Source of the DNA: Candidatus Saccharimonadota bacterium
GTDB lineage: Bacteria; Patescibacteriota; Saccharimonadia; Saccharimonadales; JACDBH01
DNA: 64,000 nucleotides
Reading direction: 5' to 3'
Assembly (NCBI GenBank): GCA_013694995.1
Contig: JACDBH010000001.1
Coordinates: 2,145 to 66,144, forward strand
How positions within the stretch are numbered: the first letter of the stretch is position 1; every line of letters starts with the position of its first letter. Of the stretch, positions 25,710-34,992 are shown one piece after another. The notes under the pieces are model-generated. The model searched no databases, was not told the origin of the DNA, and saw only the letters and a list, made by a program, of their open reading frames with translations. Position numbers and translations under genes: made by a program.

Positions 25710-26129
25710 ATGGTTAAGAAAATAATCAAAACAGAAGTAGTTGAAGACGACGAATTCCGTCTGGAAATGCTGCGTAAATATGATGCCGCCGGTGCCTTCA
25801 AGAAACAGCTTTATGGCTTCATGGATTTTATCCGTGAACAAGGTGTAGTAGGTCTGGCGGTAGGTTTAACCATCGGCACAGCCGTCACGGTATTCGTCAA
25901 ATCAATCGTTGATAACATCGTCAACCCGCTAATCGGTGCCATTTTACCAGGTGGTACGGATTTGAGTAGCAAGTATGTCTGCCTGACCGCAAAAGGCAGC
26001 GAATGTGTCAATAAGTTGAGTTGGGGCGGGGTGCTCAGCAGCTTTATCAGCTTCTTGGTTATCGCTACTATAGTATATTTTGTGGTGCGCGGCCTTAAGC
26101 TCGACCGTATAGACAAAAAGAAACCCTAA
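25710..26129 (+). CDS. mscL: large-conductance mechanosensitive channel
   Basis: FMDFIREQGVVGLAVGLTIGTAVTVFVKSIVDNIVNPLIG is the TM1 signature. Confidence 0.9.
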   Translation: MVKKIIKTEVVEDDEFRLEMLRKYDAAGAFKKQLYGFMDFIREQGVVGLAVGLTIGTAVTVFVKSIVDNIVNPLIGAILPGGTDLSSKYVCLTAKGSECVNKLSWGGVLSSFISFLVIATIVYFVVRGLKLDRIDKKKP

Positions 26130-26166
26130 ATCTGCTATAGTTAAGCTATAAATAAGGAATCTAAAA

Positions 26167-26439
26167 ATGTATATCGTCAAAGTTCTTAAGCGCAGAGATG
26201 CCGCCTCGGTCATCATAGCTATAGTGTTAGCCATGATTGTAATGCAGGTACTACAAAGTAGTACTTTTGATCTGGCCAATCGGATTACGAGTACCAATGA
26301 ATTTACTGGCGGTGGTCCTGGCTGGAAAACTATGTATTTGCAGCCGATCGTTTCTGCCGCTATCCAACTGGTAGTTTTGGAAATAGGCTTACGTATAGCA
26401 ATTGCGCTGCGTTCCAAACTTGTACGCCGAGCAAGATAA
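26167..26439 (+). CDS. small membrane protein (90 aa, two predicted TM helices)
   Basis: ORF with hydrophobic segments VIIAIVLAMIVMQVL and IVSAAIQLVVLEIGLRIAIAL. Confidence 0.45.
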   Translation: MYIVKVLKRRDAASVIIAIVLAMIVMQVLQSSTFDLANRITSTNEFTGGGPGWKTMYLQPIVSAAIQLVVLEIGLRIAIALRSKLVRRAR

Positions 26440-26479
26440 ATCACACCAATTGTTCGCTCCAACGCGCTATAATTAGGGT

Positions 26480-26878
26480 ATGCAATTAAGCGATGAAGAG
26501 TGGAAGAAGAAACTTACCCCCGAGCAGTACGCGGTATTGAGAGAAAAGGGGACAGAAGCCCCTGGCAGCGGCAAGCTGCTGCACAATAACGACAAGGGGG
26601 ATTATACATGTGCAGCCTGCGGCAGCGTTTTGTTTGATGCTAGAACCAAGTTTGACAGTGGCAGCGGCTGGCCCAGCTTTTATGACGTCAAGAATTCCGA
26701 AGCAGTCACGATGACTGACGATAGCTCCCTAGGCATGGAACGGGTAGAGGTTACCTGCACGACTTGCGGCGGGCACTTAGGCCATCTTTTCAATGACGCC
26801 CACGATCAACCTACTGGGCAGCGGTTCTGTATTAACTCCTGCGCCCTAGAATTCAAGAAAATGAGTGAAAATGAATAA
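26480..26878 (+). CDS. msrB: peptide-methionine (R)-S-oxide reductase
   Basis: CAACGS...GWPSF...[28 protein letters not shown]. Confidence 0.93.
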   Translation: MQLSDEEWKKKLTPEQYAVLREKGTEAPGSGKLLHNNDKGDYTCAACGSVLFDARTKFDSGSGWPSFYDVKNSEAVTMTDDSSLGMERVEVTCTTCGGHLGHLFNDAHDQPTGQRFCINSCALEFKKMSENE

Positions 26879-27010
26879 CTATTGCTTCGTTGTCGCTTCG
26901 GCTAGCGCTCGCCCTATGTTAAATACGACTCGCTTACTATTCTCGCTGCCGCCCTGCACTAGCCTATTTATTGCCACTCCTTCACTTAGAGAGAAGTTAG
27001 GAATATCGAA

Positions 27011-27385
27011 ATGATTATTACTACCAACAAAACCGGTATCTGTCTTGAACTTCATGGCCGCGAGCAACTCTGGTCTTTGCGGGCAAAGATAAACGTTCCA
27101 AAAGATACGATTCAAGACGTACGTTTCGAGCCAAAATTCCAAGATTGGCGCAAATGGGAAGTACGAATGCCGGGGAGTGGTGCTCCGAGGATATTATTGG
27201 CTGGTTCCTACTGGACAGAAGAAGGCTGGGACTTTTTATACGTCAAAAAACCAGGGGGTTATTACAAACCGCCGGTTGAAGATGTCCTGGTTATCGAGAC
27301 CAGTGAGAACCGTTACCGTCGTATTATCGTAACTATTGAAGCCAAAGAAGCTAACCAAATAATAAAGTGGTGGCATAAGAAATAA
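27011..27385 (+). CDS. hypothetical protein (124 aa)
   Basis: ORF only; its stop lies 2 nt before the next start. Confidence 0.45.
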   Translation: MIITTNKTGICLELHGREQLWSLRAKINVPKDTIQDVRFEPKFQDWRKWEVRMPGSGAPRILLAGSYWTEEGWDFLYVKKPGGYYKPPVEDVLVIETSENRYRRIIVTIEAKEANQIIKWWHKK

Positions 27386-27387
27386 AC

Positions 27388-28605
27388 ATGGGCTTGCCGC
27401 GGCCTCTGCGTTCAAAAAAAGTCTGGGTACCGCTTTTGCTAGTCGGCTTACTTGTTACGGGCGCGGGTGTTTACGTTAAGTTTTTAAGAGAAGATAGTAG
27501 CCCGGCATCACAAAATAACCAGGCTGCCGAAAGTCAGGATAGCAAAGAGCAACCTGTGACTGACCCGAATACTATCAGAATTATCGCAACTGGCGACTTT
27601 ATAGCCCACGACGCCATAAATGCCCAAGCCAAGCGTGCCGACGGCACCTATGATTATTTACAGTTTATGACCGATATGCAGCCAGCATTTGAGGCTAGTG
27701 ATATTCGGTTCTGCAATCAAGCGACTTTGGGTGGAGGTACGGCGTATGGCATCAGTGGGTACCCGGTATTTAATGCCCCCCTAGAATGGACTCGTGATAT
27801 GGCTAGTCTTGGTTGCAATGTCATCAATACCGGCACAAATCATACCAATGACAAAGGTCAAGGACCGATTACGGCGGAACTCAATGAATGGGACGAGCAG
27901 GAAAATATTTTAGCGGTAGCGGGAGCCAATCGCTCGGCGGCAGAACAAAATATGGTGCGCTATTTTACAGTTAAGGGTGTGAAGTTTGCGTTTTTGTCTT
28001 ACAGCACCTATGTGAATTCACCAAATCCGAATCCCTATAGCCTTAACCGCTTCAGCGAGCCGCTTGTCACCAGCCAAATGACTGAAGCCCGGGCAAAATC
28101 AGATATTATCATTGTGAGCATGCGCTGGGGAACCGAATATTCACCTGGCATCAACGAAGCCCAGAACCGTGATGCCGCTAAACTCGCTAGTTTAGGAGCT
28201 GATATAATACTGGGCCACGGCCCGCATGTGCTTGAACCTGTTAAAATGCTGCCCGGTAAAGATGGGCGGGAAACGCTCGTATGGTTTAGCCTTGGTAATT
28301 TCTTAAACGCCCAGCTCGAGACCGAGGGGTTAATTGGTTGCCTAGCAGACGTGAGCATTGATGTACTAACCAAAAAACTAACCGGTACTTCGTGCCTGCC
28401 GATCTACCAACACTATGAATGGACGGCCGAGCAAAAGGCCAGGGAAGACCTGCTAGCACGCAAGAACTTTAAGCTAGCACCATTAGAAACCGCCAAAGAT
28501 TTACTGGCTGATTCGCAACTAGATACAACCGTAGAAATTCAAACCGAGCGCATCAACAAACTTATTAATACTTATACAAAGGTGTCTATTACTTCTTCTC
28601 AGTGA
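27388..28605 (+). CDS. CapA family (PGA_cap metallophosphatase-like) protein with N-terminal TM anchor
   Basis: IIATGDFIAHD, NTGTNHTNDKG, SMRWGTEYSP, GADIILGHGPHVLEP, SLGNFLNAQ. Confidence 0.8.
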   Translation: MGLPRPLRSKKVWVPLLLVGLLVTGAGVYVKFLREDSSPASQNNQAAESQDSKEQPVTDPNTIRIIATGDFIAHDAINAQAKRADGTYDYLQFMTDMQPAFEASDIRFCNQATLGGGTAYGISGYPVFNAPLEWTRDMASLGCNVINTGTNHTNDKGQGPITAELNEWDEQENILAVAGANRSAAEQNMVRYFTVKGVKFAFLSYSTYVNSPNPNPYSLNRFSEPLVTSQMTEARAKSDIIIVSMRWGTEYSPGINEAQNRDAAKLASLGADIILGHGPHVLEPVKMLPGKDGRETLVWFSLGNFLNAQLETEGLIGCLADVSIDVLTKKLTGTSCLPIYQHYEWTAEQKAREDLLARKNFKLAPLETAKDLLADSQLDTTVEIQTERINKLINTYTKVSITSSQ

Positions 28606-28631
28606 CTTTAGAACTTATTGGTTTAATGAAA

Positions 28632-29435
28632 TTACAGATAATCAGGTGCCACAGGCAGGCCGAAGAACTCTTCCAGTGTTTTCGCGCTTGAGTTATTCAT
28701 CTCGGTGGCGAGTTCGGTGCCAACCCAGCGCAGGTGCCATGGTTCGTATTGGTAGCCGGTAATGCTCTCTTTTCCATCGGGATAGCGGAGTATAAAGCCG
28801 TATTCATGTGCATTTGCTGCCAGCCACATGCCTTCAGGGAGGTTAGCGTAGCAAATTTCCAGGTGGCAGTTCTGGCTAACAGAGGTAGCATCAAAAGCTA
28901 GTCCCGTTTGGTGTTCCGAGGTTCCTGGGCGGGCACTGTAGCGGTCGGCAGCTGCTTTGCCGTCCTGGGCAACATAACTGTTATAAAACTGCCGTTGTAA
29001 AGCCTCTGAGCGGTAGCCGCTGCCAAATACCAACTGTACATCATCTGCTTCTGCTGCTTTAAACATAGCAATCAAGTCAGCTGTAGCGGATTTACTAAAT
29101 TTCATCTGCTCTTCGCTGTCGGCAAGCCGCAGACGTACATCCGGAACAGCTAAATCAGCGGGGACATAACCGGCGGGCAGGGGCCTGGTCTTATTAACAA
29201 CCCACCAGGGGCTGGCCGACTTATCAAGCGCGTATTTCGTCTTGTCAAAACCGGCTGGGGCTTCATCTTTGAGTTCAGGAGTAACAGTTTCTTCGTTTTC
29301 TGAATTACTAGTGTTAATAAGCGGTATTTCGGTAAAGACATCATGGAATTTTAACCAACCAAAATAAAGTGAAACAGCGAGAATTATCACACCAAGCAGG
29401 ATAAGAAGTTTCTTTGGCATGAATATATTGTACAA
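28632..29435 (-). CDS. D-alanyl-D-alanine carboxypeptidase, VanY/M15B family, membrane anchored
   Basis: SGYRSEALQ, SEHQTGLAFD, EPWHLRW zinc-peptidase motifs and an N-terminal TM. Confidence 0.85.
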   Translation of the reverse strand: MYNIFMPKKLLILLGVIILAVSLYFGWLKFHDVFTEIPLINTSNSENEETVTPELKDEAPAGFDKTKYALDKSASPWWVVNKTRPLPAGYVPADLAVPDVRLRLADSEEQMKFSKSATADLIAMFKAAEADDVQLVFGSGYRSEALQRQFYNSYVAQDGKAAADRYSARPGTSEHQTGLAFDATSVSQNCHLEICYANLPEGMWLAANAHEYGFILRYPDGKESITGYQYEPWHLRWVGTELATEMNNSSAKTLEEFFGLPVAPDYL

Positions 29436-29444
29436 TAATTACCA

Positions 29445-30002
29445 ATGAGTAAAGAGTTAGCCATACCTACCAAGTTGCTTTGGATGGACTTGGAGTTTAC
29501 GGATTTTGATTATCCAAATGCTTGTGTTTTGGAGGTCTCGGCAGAAATTACTGATTTTAACTTCGTGACAATTGGGAATTACGAGGCGCGCGTCAAAAAC
29601 AATCCTGACAAGCTAGTCAAGCGATTTAAGCTCAATACCTTCTGGCAAGAATTTGTCAGTAACCGCGACAACTTCTTGAAACATAATGATAGCGGCAAAG
29701 ACCTAAAACTAGTCGAACAAGAGCTGCTAAGTCTAATTGATGACCATTTCGATGGGGAACCACCGATTTTAGCCGGCAATTCTATTCATTCAGATAGGGC
29801 AGTCATTAAGGCCCATTGGCCGACACTGGATCTTAAGCTTCATTACCGTATGCTAGACGTTAGCAGTTTTAAAACCCTGATGCTCGGCAAATACGGCGTT
29901 GTGTATGAAAAAAATAATACTCACCGCGCCTACGACGACATCCAGGCAAGCATTGCCGAACTACAATTTTATTTAGACTGGTTTGATAAAAAACATGAGT
30001 AA
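29445..30002 (+). CDS. orn: oligoribonuclease
   Basis: LLWMDLEFTD, AGNSIHSDRAVI, HRAYDDIQASIAELQFY (DEDDh exonuclease motifs). Confidence 0.82.
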   Translation: MSKELAIPTKLLWMDLEFTDFDYPNACVLEVSAEITDFNFVTIGNYEARVKNNPDKLVKRFKLNTFWQEFVSNRDNFLKHNDSGKDLKLVEQELLSLIDDHFDGEPPILAGNSIHSDRAVIKAHWPTLDLKLHYRMLDVSSFKTLMLGKYGVVYEKNNTHRAYDDIQASIAELQFYLDWFDKKHE

Positions 30003-30634
30003 AATCCGCGGTGTAGTGTTTGACGTTGATGGAACGATACTAAATACGTTTGAGCATATTGTGCAGGCGTTTGAGGTAGTACTACCTAATTATGGCGCTG
30101 CTGCTGATCGGCAAAAAATTGATCGACTGCTACAAAGCACTCGCGCCGGAAGGCGACCATGAGGCTATGGTAAAAGCGCACCATGAGATGCAGCAGACTC
30201 CTGAAATGTATCAGTTAATAGTTGCATATGACGGACTTCGCGAAGCGCTGGATGAGCTTCATAAAGTTGGGCTTGAAACAGCCATCCAAACTAATCGGGG
30301 CAGGGATTCCCTAGTTCCTATCTTTGAGCATATCGGTATCTCCGATGTATTCGATACCATTTTGACCCACGAAGATGTAACAGAGCCTAAGCCAAACCCG
30401 GAAGGTATACGGATTATTGCTGAGAGGTTGAACATTAAACCGGAGGAAATGATTATGGTAGGCGACACAGCTATAGACGTATTGACGGCGACAAATGCTG
30501 GAATGGCAGGCGCAGTTGGTGTGTTGCATGGATTCGGGACCGAGCAGGAATTACGCATTGCCGGTGCAAAGGAAATAGTTGCGGGGCTCGGTGAGGTTCC
30601 GAAAGCATTAAGGAGCATGTCATATGGATCATAA
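29995..30634 (+). pseudogene. HAD-IA hydrolase (PpaX/phosphoglycolate phosphatase-like) split by a frameshift
   Basis: ATG 29995 (ATGA overlap with orn) encodes motif I MSKIRGVVFDVDGTILNT... and stops at 30160-30162. The rest of the domain (LIGKKL..., TNRGRD, MVGDTAIDVLTATNAG) is in the next frame (ORF 30092-30634), which is closed upstream by TAG 30077-30079. Confidence 0.7.
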
Positions 30635-30983
30635 AACTGTAGAAGAATATATCCTAAGTATGGCTAACAGTTATTTGGATTATCCATTCGGTAAAGAAGT
30701 TGCCGTGTATAAAACCGGGCCAAAGGGGGACGGCAAAATGTTCGCTCTAATAAGTGAAAATACCAATCCGCTGCAGCTGAGCCTAAAATGTGACCCATTG
30801 CTGGCTAAAACGCTGCGGGAGCGCTTTGAAACGGTCATGGAAGGCTATCACCTCAATAAGAAGCATTGGAATACAATATTGCTTACTGGCCAGTTGCCAT
30901 GGGATGAAATCCAAGCTCTTATTTTGCATAGTTATATCCTAGTGACCGAAGGCAGCGATAGTAACCAACCTACCCAGGCATAA
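30624..30983 (+). CDS. MmcQ/YjbR family DNA-binding protein
   Basis: YLDYPFGKEVAVYKTG..GKMFALIS...LSLKCDP...EGYHLNKKHWNTILL. Confidence 0.75.
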   Translation: MDHKTVEEYILSMANSYLDYPFGKEVAVYKTGPKGDGKMFALISENTNPLQLSLKCDPLLAKTLRERFETVMEGYHLNKKHWNTILLTGQLPWDEIQALILHSYILVTEGSDSNQPTQA

Positions 30984-31055
30984 ATAATTTTTTTCTGTTC
31001 TTTTTCCAACCAAACAATAAAAGCAAGTTCGGTCTTAGCTTGAAGAACATTTATG

Positions 31056-31958
31056 TTATTGGGAAAGTGCCGAATAGATAGTCTTAGCAAAGTTAGCAAT
31101 TGGGACAGATGATCCATTGCCTTGGCTCAAAATTGCAACAATGTATTCACGCTTATCTGGCATGGTCATGATACCGATATCATGGTAGTTGTAGGTTTCG
31201 TTCCAGCCGACTTTCGTTTCCCACTTGGCATCAGGCGCACCAGTAGCTAGCCCACGTTTGTACTTGGCGTCCTGTGTCAGCATGGCATCGCGTAAGAACG
31301 CCGTGTTTTCAGAGTTCAGATCTCTCTTATCAAGGATATATTGCAAAATAAGCGCCGAGTCATGAGCCGAGGTTTGTATGCCAGCAAATGTCGTATGGTT
31401 AATGCCCATGGATTTAACACGGGCTTCAAGCGTCTTTTGTCCCATATCTGCCATCATTGCCTCTCCGCATGGGCTATGTGATTCACGGATCATTTTATCG
31501 ACGCAGATTTTACGGCTAAAGCCACCGGTTATTATCTCATTTGGATCTTGTGCGCCAGTCTGAAAGTCTAACAGGGCTAGGTAAGCTACATATATCTTAT
31601 ACAGGCTGGCTGCAAAAAATACTTTATCCGGCTGTGTACTGCCAATAACTTTATTAGCCCTAGCATCATAAACAACAATACTGTAGGTTGCGGATTGCTT
31701 CGCAATCCAAGAATCTATGACTGGCTGGAGATCAGTCGGCTCTGGGGTAGGCTCACCAGTCGTCAGCGGCTGTGGTCCTTCTAATTCCTGAATAAGTTGC
31801 GCCGAAGGATCGGGTGCAACAGCTTTATCGCTAAGAACAAACCATATACCCAAAGCCAGCAAACCAAGCAAGATGGCTATAATTACCACTTTCTTTCTAG
31901 GCCGGCGCTTTGAGGGACGTATAGATATATTTGAGGGTCGTCTAGGTATATATGGCAT
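31056..31958 (-). CDS. class A beta-lactamase-related serine hydrolase, membrane anchored
   Basis: S-x-x-K as FFAASLYK and a KTG-like KVGW. Start moved to ATG 31958 (MPYIPRRP...) because the ORF-track N-terminus overlaps the divergent gene. Confidence 0.6.
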   Translation of the reverse strand: MPYIPRRPSNISIRPSKRRPRKKVVIIAILLGLLALGIWFVLSDKAVAPDPSAQLIQELEGPQPLTTGEPTPEPTDLQPVIDSWIAKQSATYSIVVYDARANKVIGSTQPDKVFFAASLYKIYVAYLALLDFQTGAQDPNEIITGGFSRKICVDKMIRESHSPCGEAMMADMGQKTLEARVKSMGINHTTFAGIQTSAHDSALILQYILDKRDLNSENTAFLRDAMLTQDAKYKRGLATGAPDAKWETKVGWNETYNYHDIGIMTMPDKREYIVAILSQGNGSSVPIANFAKTIYSALSQ

Positions 31959-31992
31959 AAATCTAGTATAGCGCCCGTGCTTGTTATAATGA

Positions 31993-33606
31993 ATGCAGCT
32001 TATGAGGACATACTCACCTAACAGATACAACAGGCGCCGTAGTTTGGTGCGACGTAAACGGTCTAGGGTCCTCATTAATATATTCATAATGCTGTTATTA
32101 ATTGGGGTAGGGTATACGGCTTACACATATTTTGCACCAAAAAGCATCGAGGAGGCGGTCGAACAACTACGATTTGATAACAGCGTCACCGTAAGCGAGC
32201 AACAAACGATCCGTGACGCGATGCAGGCGCAATCAAAAACATATAAAGGTAGTTTGCAAGCCAGCGTCAAGACTAATCAGGAGGCCGTTAAGGATTCGCC
32301 AGTACTAATGGCTTATGTACTGGTAACCAATGTCTATTCGTCTCGGCAAACAATTACAACGGCTGAACTAAAAAAGATGGCTTTAAAAATTCCGTCAAAT
32401 ACCGATGATAAGATTCGCACCGCGTTTGCTGCAGCACTTGGGTTGGACGTATCCAAAATTACGCTGCTTGCAGGGGCAGTAAAAGATATGTCCGCTTCCG
32501 ACATAGCATTTATACCTGCCAGCGAGCTTACTAAGGACATAAAACTACTCAGCTTTGACGGCACGTATTATCTCGATAATTTTACCAAAGGTGCTATATT
32601 CCGACAGGCGGATTTTGCTGGCCCAGACGCAAGCAGCTTAGCCGATCTGAAATTAAATGATCTTGCGAGGGAAGATACGACTCTTTCGGTCAAGATGACG
32701 GGGGTCACCGCATTAACTCGTGTCATGATGAGAAAACTGACTACGGTAAAAGATCCGCTCTATTTCAGTGAAAAAATCGGCGATTTTCTGGCTGAAGCTG
32801 ACATAACTCACGTGTCGAACGAGGTTTCTTTCCGGTCCGGCTGCCAGTATAGTAGTGTATCGTTTTGCTCGCCGCTAGAATTCATCGAAACGCTCAAAGA
32901 CAGCGGGGTCGACTTGGTAGAGCTGACAGGCAACCATAACAATGATAACGGTAATTTGTATAATACAGAGAGCATCAATTTGTATCACAGTCTTGGGATG
33001 GCTACCTTCGGTGGTGGCTTGAACAGTGCCGAGGCAGCAAAACCACACTTAGCCAGCCAAAAAGGCACCACCATTACTTTTATTGGGTATAACATGGCCG
33101 ATGGGCCGAACAGTGGCGCGGTTGCCGGCAGTACCACTGCTGGCGCTAATCACTACAACGACGCAAAGGCTAAAGCTGATATAGCAGCAGCCAGGCAGAG
33201 TTCGCAGTTTGTCATAGTAAACATTCAATATGCCGAATGCCAGGCTTACCCGGATGGTTACGTGGAATTCCCGCTGTGTGACGGTACGATTGGCGGCCAA
33301 GCGGCAGCTTTTCGTAAGATGATAGATTATGGCGCCGACATGGTCGTTGGTTCTTCAGCCCATCAGCCGCAAACATACGAACTATATAGCGGCAAACCGA
33401 TCTATTACGGACTTGGTAATCTCTACTTCGATCAGACACAGTGGCCAGGTACGGAGCGGGGTATCATCCTGACGCACTATTTTCTGAACGGCAAGCTGCT
33501 GCAGACCAAACTCTCTCCAACGGTGTACGATCGAGACCTTCAGACCAGACTATCTGATAACGAAGAAACTGTTTATTTACTCGAGCGGCTGAACGCCGCC
33601 AGATAA
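31993..33606 (+). CDS. membrane-anchored protein with C-terminal CapA (PGA_cap) domain
   Basis: N-terminal basic segment plus TM. C-terminal half has ELTGNHNNDNG, GADMVVGSSAHQPQ and GLGNLYFDQ; it is a paralog of 27388-28605. Confidence 0.75.
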   Translation: MQLMRTYSPNRYNRRRSLVRRKRSRVLINIFIMLLLIGVGYTAYTYFAPKSIEEAVEQLRFDNSVTVSEQQTIRDAMQAQSKTYKGSLQASVKTNQEAVKDSPVLMAYVLVTNVYSSRQTITTAELKKMALKIPSNTDDKIRTAFAAALGLDVSKITLLAGAVKDMSASDIAFIPASELTKDIKLLSFDGTYYLDNFTKGAIFRQADFAGPDASSLADLKLNDLAREDTTLSVKMTGVTALTRVMMRKLTTVKDPLYFSEKIGDFLAEADITHVSNEVSFRSGCQYSSVSFCSPLEFIETLKDSGVDLVELTGNHNNDNGNLYNTESINLYHSLGMATFGGGLNSAEAAKPHLASQKGTTITFIGYNMADGPNSGAVAGSTTAGANHYNDAKAKADIAAARQSSQFVIVNIQYAECQAYPDGYVEFPLCDGTIGGQAAAFRKMIDYGADMVVGSSAHQPQTYELYSGKPIYYGLGNLYFDQTQWPGTERGIILTHYFLNGKLLQTKLSPTVYDRDLQTRLSDNEETVYLLERLNAAR

Positions 33607-33649
33607 CAGTAGGGAAGTCTAAAAATCCACTACCGACCGGCAGGCATTG

Positions 33650-34279
33650 TTACGGTACGTTCAAAATGGCAGTTGTACTGCTAAAGCTATCAGAGAGCAA
33701 GTCTTTACTCGTTGGATTGGCCGCAGCATTATAAGCATTTTGGAGGGCTTCAGCGTAGTTGGTGAGCTGTGAGTTGAGTACTTCATTAAATACATCATCG
33801 TAACGGTTATTGCTGGTGGCAGTTTTTAAAGCATCATCGACTTCTGAGTCTTTTTTGCTGGCTAGCTCTTCTTTGGTTAGTACAATTTTATTCTTTTCCA
33901 GGTGGCTTTTTAGGGCAGTTTGCTGGGTCTGGACGCTTAACTTGGCCGTAATCGCAATTGAGCGTGTGTTGCTATCAGCTGCTTTTGCTCCCATATCTGC
34001 AACCCGTATTAGCTCTTGTTGTTGTGCTACTAAAGACTTGAGGTTACCAGCGGCACTTTTGCTGCCGCTGGTAAGGATAGTCGATGCAACGACAAAAAGT
34101 ACCATAAGTAGCACTGCAATTCCGCCGATCAGGAGCAAGCGTGATTTCATTGATCCGCTACCCAATAGTAGAAATGGTTTTTTTGGCGGCTTGGACGGAT
34201 TAGTAATAAAATCATACTGATTATTGCCTGGAGTTGGTTTCGGCTCGTACGACTGGTTATGATTCATAACCATAAGCAT
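33650..34279 (-). CDS. hypothetical single-pass membrane protein (209 aa)
   Basis: Pro-rich N-terminus with QYDFITNP, one TM (LLLIGGIAVLLMVLFVVAS), helical ectodomain. Confidence 0.5.
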   Translation of the reverse strand: MLMVMNHNQSYEPKPTPGNNQYDFITNPSKPPKKPFLLLGSGSMKSRLLLIGGIAVLLMVLFVVASTILTSGSKSAAGNLKSLVAQQQELIRVADMGAKAADSNTRSIAITAKLSVQTQQTALKSHLEKNKIVLTKEELASKKDSEVDDALKTATSNNRYDDVFNEVLNSQLTNYAEALQNAYNAAANPTSKDLLSDSFSSTTAILNVP

Positions 34280-34339
34280 ATCTTATGAGTAGAAAGGTAG
34301 TAAAGTTTATAAAGTAGAAAGTATTCTAAAACAATGGAA

Positions 34340-34368
34340 TTGACAAAAAGATATAAGTATTATACAAT
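34340..34368 (+). promoter_or_regulatory. sigma70-type promoter TTGACA-17-TACAAT
   Basis: TTGACA 34340-34345, 17-nt spacer, TACAAT 34363-34368; 47 nt upstream of ATG 34416. Confidence 0.6.
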
Positions 34369-34415
34369 GCTACTAGCTTAACAGATATCATCAATCTTTT
34401 TTAACGAGATAAATC

Positions 34416-34904
34416 ATGAACGAAGCATTAAATGCCGATCCCTATCATAGCCTTGAAACCAGTCCCGAGTTGGTGGCCAGCGAACAACTCCGCTTAGCCG
34501 ATGAGTGGGCGCGGATATATGGCAATCCAACTGCGGAAGGTCCCGATCGTTCTGCGGAAATAATTTTAAGAAACCCCGCAGTATACCTAAATGATGTGGA
34601 TATGCGAAGATTGCCGGAACATCTTCAGTCAGGATGGAAGAAAACCCTACAATTTGCAGAAGACATTGCCAGGATTGGCGCTACAAAGGATTATGAATGG
34701 AGCACTAGCGCTAACAGCCTGGAAAAAGTGCAAAGCATGGTTTTTTGCGGAGAAATGAACTTACCGGGTTCCGTAAGCGACCTCATGCGTGAGGCAGCCG
34801 GCTTATTTGCGCAGTCAACTAAGTACGATCCAGGCAATACCTCATACTACGCCGGCAATATTCGCGGTGCATCCGGTTGGCTAACTCACGCTACCAATAG
34901 CTAG
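34416..34904 (+). CDS. hypothetical protein (162 aa)
   Basis: ORF with its own consensus promoter; no recognisable domain. Confidence 0.5.
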   Translation: MNEALNADPYHSLETSPELVASEQLRLADEWARIYGNPTAEGPDRSAEIILRNPAVYLNDVDMRRLPEHLQSGWKKTLQFAEDIARIGATKDYEWSTSANSLEKVQSMVFCGEMNLPGSVSDLMREAAGLFAQSTKYDPGNTSYYAGNIRGASGWLTHATNS

Positions 34905-34992
34905 AAACGCTTATACCGTAACCTTAAAATTAGGCTAAGAGCTATGTTCCTAGTGCTTGCTACTTGCTACTTTCTAATTGATACTACCACGC

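Noticed and set aside
31959-32087. N-terminal 43 codons of ORF 31056-32087.
   Set aside because: They overlap the divergent CapA-like gene start and look non-protein-like. ATG 31958 gives a typical basic N-terminus plus TM anchor.
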